64,000 nt of DNA from an uncultured Acidimicrobiaceae bacterium (GTDB lineage: Bacteria > Actinomycetota > Acidimicrobiia > Acidimicrobiales > RAAP-2): contig CAWHYF010000005.1 of assembly GCA_963833585.1 (NCBI GenBank), forward strand, positions 769,774 to 833,773, in the 5' to 3' direction. This document shows, in pieces, positions 46,047 to 53,875 of the stretch. Both the position numbers and the translations under genes were made by a program. The notes under the pieces are model-generated. The model saw nothing but the letters and a program-made list of their open reading frames with translations, was not told the origin of the DNA and ran no database searches. Within the stretch, counting starts at the first letter, position 1. The number at the start of each line of letters is the position of its first letter.

Positions 46047-48306
46047 TCATCGCCCGGGCTCCGGATCCCGGGGCAGGCCGAGCAGGCGCTCCCCGATCAC
46101 GTTGCGCTGGACCTCGCTCGTCCCTCCGGCGATGGTGAGGCACTTGCTGTGCAGCACGCCATGGGCCGACACCGCGGCATCTCCGAGGGTGACCGCCCCG
46201 TCGGGGCCGGCCAGATCGAGACCGAACTCGTGGACCCGCTGCTCGAACTCCGCCCCGAGCAGCTTCCCCACACTGGACTCCGGACCCGGCTGCAGCCCCC
46301 CCACGGAGCGGAGGGTGGCCCGCATCCCGAGCTGGGCCAGGGACTGGGCCTCGGCGAGCAGCTCGCCCAGGCGATCGAGGGTCACCGGATCCTGGAGGGC
46401 CCGGTCGGCCGCCACCCGGGCCACCACCCCTTCGAGCGCTCCTCCGAAGGCCGAGTCGGTCGACAGCGAGACCCGCTCGTTGGCCAGCGTGGTCCGGGCC
46501 AGCCGCCACCCGCCGTCGACCTCACCCACCACGCAGTCGTCCGGCACGAAGCAACCGTTGAAGAAGACCTCGTTGAACAGCGCGTCACCCGTGATCTCGC
46601 GGAGGGGACGGACCTCGATCCCGGGCGACCGCATGTCGACCAGGAAGTAGGTGATGCCGCGGTGCTTGGGCACGTCCGGATTGGTCCGGGCCAGGCAGAT
46701 CCCCATGTGGGCACGGGTGGCCACCGAGGTCCACACCTTCTGCCCCTCGAGCGACCAGCCCCCCTCCACCCGGATGGCCCGGGTGGAGAGCGCGGCCAGG
46801 TCGGATCCGGCCCCCGGCTCGCTGAACAGCTGGCACCAGATGATGTCGCCGCGGAGCGTCGGCTCCACGAAGCGCTCGGTCTGCTCCGGCGTGCCGTGGG
46901 CCATGATCGTGGGGAGGGCCCAGGCCGCCACGGCCAGGTTGGGACGGCGCAGTCCCACCTCGGCGCAGACCTGGTCGATGACCAGCTGCTCCACCGCCCC
47001 GGCGTCCCTCCCCCACGGCGCGGGCCAGTGCGGGGCCAGCAGACCTTCGTCGGCCAGGGCCCGGCGCTGCTCGGCCGGATCCTCGAGCGCGCCGATGGAC
47101 GCCACCACCGGTGTCAGCTGCTCGCGGAGGCGCTCGGCCTCGGGGGGTAGGTCGATGGAGAGCCGTCGGCGCCCGCCCTCCAGGGCCAGCCGGGACGCCG
47201 CCGCCCGAAGCGGCGCCGTGCCCCCGAGGATCTGGCGGAGCGTGGTGGCCCGGCGCAGATGGATGTGCGCGTCGTGCTCCCAGGTGAACCCCATGCCCCC
47301 GAGCACCTGGATCGTCGCCTTTGGACGCCTCGACGTAGCCGTCCAGGGCCAGCGCCCCGGCCAGTTGGACGGCCAGTCGGGCCTGGGAGCCGTCCCCGCC
47401 CGACCGCCCGTTCGTGGTCCAGGGCCGAAGCCGCGTCCCAGGTCGCCGCCACCGCCTGCTCCACCGCCACCAGCATGTCGGCCAACCGGTGCTTTATCCC
47501 CTGGAACTGGCCGATGGGACGACCGAACTGGTGCCGGGTCCGGGCGTGCTCGGCCGCGGTGTCCAAGCACCAGCGGGCTCCACCGGCCGCCTCGGCGGAT
47601 GCGACCACCAGGGCCAGCTCCCGGATGCGGTCGCTCGATGCCCCGGCGAGCACCCGCTCGGGGGACACCGCCATCTCGTCCACCGTCCAGCGTGCCGAGG
47701 GCCGGGTGGGGTCGAAGCTGGGAAGCGGCTCGATCCGCACCGCCGGCTCCGCGCTCCACCAGCACCCAGCGCACCCCGCTGTCGGTGGCCACCGGGGCCA
47801 GCAGCAGGGCGGCCACCGCCCCGTTGAGGAGGGGTCCGACCGAGCCCGAGACCTCGGAGTCGAGCCGTCGGGCCCGGACCGTCCGGTCAGGCCGGCCGGG
47901 GCCACCGTCGCGCCGTCGGGGGCGGCGGCGGGAACGGCCAAGGAGGCGGGCCGGCTTCCATCCACCAGATCGGGGCACGAGGTCCTTGACCAGTTCGGGT
48001 GGGCCGCACTCGGCCACCACGGCGGCCACCAGTGCCGTGGAGTCCCAGGGGCCGGGGGCCGCGGCCCGGCCCAGCTCCTCGGCCACGACGGCCAGCTCCA
48101 GCAGGCCGGCCCCTTGACCGCCGAACTCCTCGCCCACGTGGATGCCGAGGGTGGCCTGGGTCCCGAGCTCCTCCCAGAACGGAGGGAGGGTGTCGCGTAC
48201 CGGCGTCGAGCGCGGCCCGGGTCACCTCGGGAGAGCAGCGCGACTCCATCCAGCGTCGCAGCGAGGACCGGAGCTCCTCGTGCTCGTCCTGGATGCCGAT
48301 CGGCAC
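46047..48306 (-). pseudogene. Two-domain (tandem) acyl-CoA dehydrogenase; the N-terminal domain has about 6 frame disruptions and the C-terminal domain is intact
   Basis: The C-terminal ACAD domain is continuous in ORF 46047..48137 (...WCQLFSEPGAGSDLA...GGTSEVQRNVIGERLLGLP). The N-terminal domain has to be pieced together from three frames, with switches near 48195, 47972 (C4 run), 47885, 47743, 47395 (C4 run) and 47321 (T3 run). Confidence 0.75.
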
Positions 48307-48436
48307 GGTCAGGCCCCGATCCGGGGAGCCGGGTCCGACCCGGCCGGCCGGACGATCACAGGGGGGGAGGGCACGGAAGAGTTTCTACCATCTCGGTCTC
48401 CCCGGACCAGAACCGGTTCTACCCCTGGCACCCCGG

Positions 48437-49287
48437 CTACCAGCCCCGGAACACCGGGGGGCGGCGCTCGGCGAAAGCGGCCAGACCCTCGCGGCAGTCG
48501 TCGGTGCCGGTCACCAGCTCCTGGGCCACCGCCTCGTCCCACAGGGCCGTGGCCCGGTCGGACTCCAGGGACCGGTTGGTCAGGTACTTGGTCACGCTGA
48601 TGGCCCGGGTCGGACCGGCCGCCAGCCGCGACGCCCACTCGCCGGCCAGGGTCAGCAGCTGGTCCCGGGGGACCACCCGGTTCACCAGTCCGAGTCGCTC
48701 GGCCTCGGAGGCGGACAGGTCGTCCCCGAAGAAGAACAGCTCCTTGGCCCGCTGCGGTCCGATCAGCCGGGGAAGCAGATAGGCCCCACCGGCGTCGGGG
48801 GCGATCCCGCGGCGGACGAAGACCTCGATGAACTTGGCCTCCTCCGCCGCCAGCACCAGGTCGCAGGCCAGCGCCAGGTGCATCCCGCCCCCGGCGGCGG
48901 TGGCGTTCACGGCCGCGATGACCGGCTTCTCGCAGTCCAGCACGGCCGAGACCAGACGCTGCCAGCCGGTCCGGATCAGTCGCGCCGCATCGCCGACGGC
49001 CCGGTCCGGCGCACCCTCGGGCCGCTCGGGCCCGGGGCCGGACGAACGCAGGTCGGCCCCGGTGCAGAACCCCTTCACTCCCGCCCCGGTCAGCACCACC
49101 ACCCGGACGGCCAGGTCGGCGGAGGCCTCCTCGAGCCAGGCGATGATCTGCTCCCGCATGGCGAGCGTGATGGCGTTGCCGGCCTCCGGGCGGTTCAGGG
49201 TGATCCACGCCACCCCACCCTCCACCGTGCGAGCACGGCGTCGCCGGTGGGTGCGGTCGCTCCCGGCCCTCTGTCCCCCTCGGACAT
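48437..49287 (-). CDS. Enoyl-CoA hydratase/isomerase; the N-terminal 21 codons are out of frame (1-nt deletion near 49226)
   Basis: Crotonase motifs (ITLNRPEAGNA, FCTGADL, AAGGGMHLALACD). The ATG at 49287 overlaps the upstream stop (TGATG) and encodes MSEGDRGPGATAPTGDAVLAR, which joins VEGGVAWITL... only after a frame correction. The uncorrected ORF is 48437..49225. Confidence 0.8.
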
Positions 49288-49784
49288 CAGATGCGGTGGA
49301 TGATGTTCATCCGCGAGGTGCACACCGGCGCACCGGTCGACTGCTCGCTCCAGGCCGTCTCCACCACGATGAAGGTCATGGTCTTCCCCTTGGACTCCTT
49401 CTGGTAGGCGTCGACCACGGTGCCCTCCCCCACCAGCACGTCTCCGGCCAGCACCGGTCGGTGGTAGGTGAACTCCTGTTCCCCGTGGAGGATCAGCCCG
49501 CCCTTGGCCATGAGGGGCCCGAGCAGCTCGAACATGGGATTGTCCGACGGGGCCTCGGCCGTCTGCAGCTCGGGGTAGGCCCCGAAGCTGCCCATCACGA
49601 AGGGGTAGGTGGGGGGGGCGGGGATGCCGGCCAGGCCGGCCTCGGCCGCGGCCCTCGGGTCGCGGTAGACCGGGCTGGGATCCTTCACGGCGTCGGCGAA
49701 CAGAGCCAGCTGGCCTCGCTCCACGGTGACCACGGTGGTCCCGGTGGGCTTCCCGATGATCGTGCTCAGGATGTCGTCTGCCAC
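49287..49784 (-). CDS. MaoC-dehydratase N-terminal-type hot-dog protein (non-catalytic partner type, HadA/ChsH-like)
   Basis: GTG at 49784, 7 nt after AAGGGAGG (VADDILSTIIGKPTG...). 165 aa with ...PPTYPFVMG...ILHGEQEFTYHRP.... Confidence 0.7.
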   Translation of the reverse strand: MADDILSTIIGKPTGTTVVTVERGQLALFADAVKDPSPVYRDPRAAAEAGLAGIPAPPTYPFVMGSFGAYPELQTAEAPSDNPMFELLGPLMAKGGLILHGEQEFTYHRPVLAGDVLVGEGTVVDAYQKESKGKTMTFIVVETAWSEQSTGAPVCTSRMNIIHRI

Positions 49785-49800
49785 CTGATGGTCCTCCCTT

Positions 49801-49871
49801 GTCGTCGAACGCCCTGTCGTCGAACGCCCTGTCGTCGAACGCCCTGTCGTCGAACGCCCTGTCGTCGAACG
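49801..49871. repeat. Perfect tandem repeat, 15-bp unit GTCGTCGAACGCCCT x 4.7
   Basis: Copies at 49801, 49816, 49831 and 49846 are identical, and 49861-49871 repeats the first 11 nt. It starts 16 nt upstream of the hot-dog gene start and about 200 nt upstream of the divergent NagB-like gene. Confidence 0.95.
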
Positions 49872-50070
49872 GCTGTCTCGGCCGTCGGCGGCCGGCGCGG
49901 CCTCCGACGGATGGGGCCCCAGGGTGCCCGTTGCGCACCGTAGCGCGCCACTCCTGCCACCAGGAAGTTCCGCCGGTCCGCTCGGACCGGTCGGTGGTGC
50001 TCGATGACGCGCTCCCCCACCGACCGTCGAGTTCGGGCCGCCCGCCACCCGTGCCCCTACAGTGCATCGC

Positions 50071-51183
50071 ATGAACTCCGCCGAGGTGGTGGTCCTCCCG
50101 AGCTCCGAGGCCATGGCCCGGTCCGCGGCCGACGAGGCGACGGCGATCCTGCAGGATGCCGTGGACCGCCACGGTGTGGCGCACGCCATGTTCGCCACCG
50201 GCAACTCCCAGCTGGCCTTCGTCGAAGCCCTGTTCGCCCCCGAGCGCCACGTGCCCTGGTCGGAGACGGTGGTGTTCCACATGGACGAGTACGTGGGGGT
50301 GGGACCGGACCATCCGGCCGGATTCCGCCACTGGATCCACGACCGGATCGAGGCCCGGGCCCACCCGAGGGCAACCCACTACCTCGACGGGCTGGCTCCC
50401 CCGGACGAGGAGTGCCGGCGGTACGCCGGACTGCTGCGCGACCACCCCCTCGACCTGTGCTGCCTCGGCATCGGCGAGAACGGCCACCTGGCCTTCAACG
50501 ACCCGCCGGTGGCCGACTTCGAGGACCCGCTCGACGTGAAGGTGGTCACCCTGGACGACGGGTGCCGTCGTCAGCAGGTCAACGAGGGCCACTTCCCCAC
50601 GGTGGGGGAGGTTCCGGCCGAGGCGATGACGGTGACCATCCCGGCCCTGCTCCGGGCCGGGCGGGTGCTGGCCATGGTCCCCGAGGCCCGCAAGGCCGAG
50701 CCGGTCCGTGCGGCCCTGGAGGGCCCGATCGGCACGGCGTGCCCGGCCTCGATCCTCCAACGCACCCCCCACGCCAAGGTCTTCCTGGACCCGGCGTCGG
50801 CCGGGCTCCTCGAGCGCGACGAGCGCGGTAGCGGGCGGGCGGTCCCGCCGCCTACTGCGCGTGGAGGCCCAGCCACCGGTCGAGGAACGGATAGGCCAGC
50901 TCGCCGTGCCACTGGTGCTCGCCGTCGAAGGCGTCGTGGACCAGGCGTTCGCCGGCACCACTGCGCTCGTAGAGCGGCCGCACCTTGGCCAGCGAGGCCT
51001 CGGCCGCGGCCACCGGGAAGAGCAGGTCGTCCCGGCCGTTCTCCACCAGCAGTGGCCGCGGCGCGACGAGCGCCCCGAGATCGGCGTGCTCCATCCGGCC
51101 CAGCATGCCGAACAGCACCTGCGAGCCGCACATGTTCCAGGGCACCTTGTGCGCCTCCGACCAGGAGGAGAAGTAGCCGCTGA
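50071..51183 (+). CDS. Glucosamine-6-phosphate deaminase / 6-phosphogluconolactonase (NagB/SugarP-isomerase) family protein; 3' end doubtful
   Basis: MFATGNSQ, HMDEYVGV and GIGENGHLAFNDP motifs. The recognisable domain ends near 50830 (...LDPASAGLLERDER). The frame then stays open for 110 Arg/Pro-rich codons and overlaps the convergent hydrolase gene by 332 nt. Confidence 0.7.
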   Translation: MNSAEVVVLPSSEAMARSAADEATAILQDAVDRHGVAHAMFATGNSQLAFVEALFAPERHVPWSETVVFHMDEYVGVGPDHPAGFRHWIHDRIEARAHPRATHYLDGLAPPDEECRRYAGLLRDHPLDLCCLGIGENGHLAFNDPPVADFEDPLDVKVVTLDDGCRRQQVNEGHFPTVGEVPAEAMTVTIPALLRAGRVLAMVPEARKAEPVRAALEGPIGTACPASILQRTPHAKVFLDPASAGLLERDERGSGRAVPPPTARGGPATGRGTDRPARRATGARRRRRRGPGVRRHHCARRAAAPWPARPRPRPPGRAGRPGRSPPAVAAARRAPRDRRAPSGPACRTAPASRTCSRAPCAPPTRRRSSR

Positions 51184-51877
51184 CCACGGCGGCGGCCACC
51201 CGGGGGTCGGTGGCGGCGAGGAACAGCGCCATGGTGCCCCCGTAGGAGAAGCCGGCCACACCGATCCGCTCGGGGTCGACCAGCGGATGGGACTCCAGCA
51301 CGTCGAGGGCCCGGGCCAGGTCCCACAGGTTCTGGGTCAACGGATTCCATCCCCCCATGACCTGATGGACCAGGTTGGTGTCGCAGGCGTAATGGTCGTC
51401 GGGATTCCAGTCGGCCCGCTCGCCAAAGCACCGGAGATCCGGGGCCAGCACCACGTGGCCTCGCCGAGCCAGCTCGGCGGCGTAGTCGCTGCCCTCGGGG
51501 GCCTCGGCGTCGAGGCCGCAGATCCGGGATTTTCCCGGGCCGTGCCCGTGGACGGCCAGCACCGCCGGACCGGGCGCCCGCCGGTCGTCGGGGACGAGCA
51601 GGTAGGCGGGGACCGACATGTCCGCCTCGGTGTCGAAGACGATCCGCCACCGCCGGTAGCCCTCGCAGCTCGTCTCGTCGGAGGTCTCCGGGTCGGGCGG
51701 CACCGACTCGGGCCACGGGGCCAGGGTGCGGTGGAGTCGGTCCTCGAACCTCCCGCGCCACGACCCGAACGCAGCCGGGTCGTCGGGCAGCCCGTCGGAC
51801 TCCTCGACGGCCATCAGTCGGCTGACCGCCTGGTACCAGGGGGAGAAGTTGCGTCGGGGGGTGGGCAGCTGGATCAC
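50852..51877 (-). CDS. Alpha/beta hydrolase (dienelactone hydrolase / acetyl-xylan-esterase-like)
   Basis: 341 aa with the nucleophile elbow GFSYGG, plus Asp and His near the C-terminus (GRDDLLFP, GEHQWH). Confidence 0.75.
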   Translation of the reverse strand: MIQLPTPRRNFSPWYQAVSRLMAVEESDGLPDDPAAFGSWRGRFEDRLHRTLAPWPESVPPDPETSDETSCEGYRRWRIVFDTEADMSVPAYLLVPDDRRAPGPAVLAVHGHGPGKSRICGLDAEAPEGSDYAAELARRGHVVLAPDLRCFGERADWNPDDHYACDTNLVHQVMGGWNPLTQNLWDLARALDVLESHPLVDPERIGVAGFSYGGTMALFLAATDPRVAAAVVSGYFSSWSEAHKVPWNMCGSQVLFGMLGRMEHADLGALVAPRPLLVENGRDDLLFPVAAAEASLAKVRPLYERSGAGERLVHDAFDGEHQWHGELAYPFLDRWLGLHAQ

Positions 51878-52063
51878 GGATCGGACTTCCTCTCGGCTGG
51901 GTCACGGCACCGACCCCGGCGGACGCGCCCCGGGGCGCGGTCCCCCCGGCGGTCGAGGCGCTGAGCCGCCTCCTACGTTGCCACAACCCTGCGGGAGGCC
52001 GGTCCCGGAGCCCGCCCTCACCCACCCCCCGGCCGGCCCGCCCCGGTTGAGCCGTGCCCCCCC

Positions 52064-52933
52064 GTGGGGCACACTGGACCGATGGCGGTCGCCACCCAAC
52101 TCGACATCCGGCCCATCTCGCCGATCATCGGCGCCGAGATCCACGGCATCGACCTGTCCCGTCCGCTCGGCTCTCCGGTGGTGGCCGAGGTCAGGCAGGC
52201 GCTCAACACCCACCATGTGGTGTTCTTCCGGGATCAGTCGCTCTCCCCCACCCAACAGGCCGACTTCGCCCGCCAGTTCGGCGAGGTGACCGAGGGCCAC
52301 CCGGTCATCCCGGCCATCGAGGGGAACCCGGAGGTGCTGGCCATCGACGGCCGCGAGGACCGGGCCAGCTGGTGGCACACCGACGTCACCTTCCTCCAGG
52401 CCCCGGCGTTCGGCTCCATCCTCTGCATGCTGGAGTGTCCCGAGGTGGGAGGCGACACCACCTGGGCCAGTCTGCAGGACGCCTACGACCGGCTCTCGGA
52501 GCCGGTACGAACCCTGTGTGACTCCCTGATCGCCATCCACTTCGACCCGTGGTTCGCCGCCGACGTCCAGACCCGGGGCGGCTACGAGTGGGAGGGCCGG
52601 CACTACGAGAAGCTGCTCCCCGCCCTCCACCCGGTGGTGCGCACCCACCCGGAGAACGGGCGCAACGGCCTCTTCGTCAACCCCCAGTTCACCCAGTCCA
52701 TCCTGGGCCTGTCCAAGCACGAGAGCGACGGGATCCTCGACGTGCTCTACCGGCACTGCCAACAGCCCGAGCTGACCTGCCGGTTCCGGTGGCAGCCGGG
52801 CTCGGTGGCCTTCTGGGACAACCGGGCCACCCTGCACTACGCGCTGGACGACTACGGCGACGCCAACCGGGTCGCCCACCGGGTCACCCTGCGGGGGGAC
52901 GTCCCCTACGGCCCGGCCATGCCCCGCCGCTGA
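52064..52933 (+). CDS. TauD/TfdA-family Fe(II)/2-oxoglutarate dioxygenase
   Basis: WHTDVTF (HxD), ...HPVVRTHPENG..., ...WDNRATLHYA.... The start is the GTG at 52064 or the ATG at 52082. Confidence 0.85.
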   Translation: MGHTGPMAVATQLDIRPISPIIGAEIHGIDLSRPLGSPVVAEVRQALNTHHVVFFRDQSLSPTQQADFARQFGEVTEGHPVIPAIEGNPEVLAIDGREDRASWWHTDVTFLQAPAFGSILCMLECPEVGGDTTWASLQDAYDRLSEPVRTLCDSLIAIHFDPWFAADVQTRGGYEWEGRHYEKLLPALHPVVRTHPENGRNGLFVNPQFTQSILGLSKHESDGILDVLYRHCQQPELTCRFRWQPGSVAFWDNRATLHYALDDYGDANRVAHRVTLRGDVPYGPAMPRR

Positions 52934-52960
52934 GCGGCCCGGGACCGGCGCCGGCCGGTG

Positions 52961-53875
52961 TCAGCGGGGACCCCGGGCCGGGTCGTCGGGCAGCCCGGCT
53001 CCTCCGGCACCCCCGGCCACCGCACCGTTGGCCGACCTGGGCCGCGCCCCCGACACGGCCAGGGCCTCCTCGCTGGCCCCGAGGTAGGCCGCCAGCGCCC
53101 GGGGGTCCCGCTGCACCTCCTCGGGCGTGCCCGTCGACACCACCGAGCCGGTCTCCATCATGACCACCTTGGTGCACAGGGCGAAGACCAGGGGCACGTC
53201 GTGTTCCACCAGCACGATGGTGGTGTCGGCCAGCTGGTGCAGCCGCCGGAGCAGCGGCACGAAGGCCTCGGCCTCCCGCTGGGCGATGCCGGCGGTGGGT
53301 TCGTCGAGGAGCAGCAGTCGGGGGCGGGCCAGCACCATCGAGGCCAGGTCGACCACCCGTCGGGTCCCCGTGGAGAGCTGGGCGATGCGGTGCCGTCGGA
53401 AGCGATCGATGCCGAACGAGGCGATGACCCCGTCCACCTCGGTCCGCTTGGCCCGCTCGGAGCGCCGGGCCCACGGGAGTTGGAGGGTCGAGGCGACCAC
53501 CCCGACCGGGCGCCGGGCGTCGAGGGTGAGCATCAGCACGTCCTCCACCGACAGCTCGGGGAAGAGGCGGCAGTCCTGGAACGAGCGCACCAGGCCGAGG
53601 GACGACCGCTCCTCGGGCAGGTACTCCACCAGGCTCTCCCCGTCCATGCGCACCGAGCCGGACCCCGGCGTCACCAGGCCGGAGATGACGTCGAGGAGGG
53701 TGGTCTTGCCCGAGCCGTTCGGCCCGATCAGGCCCACGATGGCCCCGGGGTCGGCCGACAGGTCGGCGCCGGCCACGGCCCGCACCCCACCGAAGTCCAC
53801 CACCACCCCCTTGACGTCCAGCCGGGCCGGTCCGGGCCGCTCGCCGGCGTCCGGCGGAGCGGGGGCCGGGCTCAC
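52961..53875 (-). CDS. Branched-chain-amino-acid-type (HAAT family) ABC transporter ATP-binding protein, LivG-like
   Basis: This is the last 305 codons of the spurious 1601-aa ORF. The GTG at 53875 overlaps the permease stop (GTGA). Walker A GPNGSGKTT, signature-like LSTGTRR, Walker B LLLLDEP. Confidence 0.85.
   Translation of the reverse strand: MSPAPAPPDAGERPGPARLDVKGVVVDFGGVRAVAGADLSADPGAIVGLIGPNGSGKTTLLDVISGLVTPGSGSVRMDGESLVEYLPEERSSLGLVRSFQDCRLFPELSVEDVLMLTLDARRPVGVVASTLQLPWARRSERAKRTEVDGVIASFGIDRFRRHRIAQLSTGTRRVVDLASMVLARPRLLLLDEPTAGIAQREAEAFVPLLRRLHQLADTTIVLVEHDVPLVFALCTKVVMMETGSVVSTGTPEEVQRDPRALAAYLGASEEALAVSGARPRSANGAVAGGAGGAGLPDDPARGPR

Noticed and set aside
49801-49871. The 15-bp repeat array as a possible CRISPR array.
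   Set aside because: The units are contiguous with no spacers, the unit is only 15 bp, and no cas genes are in the window. It is a simple tandem repeat.
49785-50282. An in-frame N-terminal extension of the hot-dog protein that would translate the 15-bp array as (GRSTT)5.
   Set aside because: A strong AAGGGAGG lies 7 nt before the GTG at 49784. The extension would be Arg/Gly/Thr low complexity, and it would run through the start of the divergent NagB-like gene. Non-coding status is more likely, though not proven.
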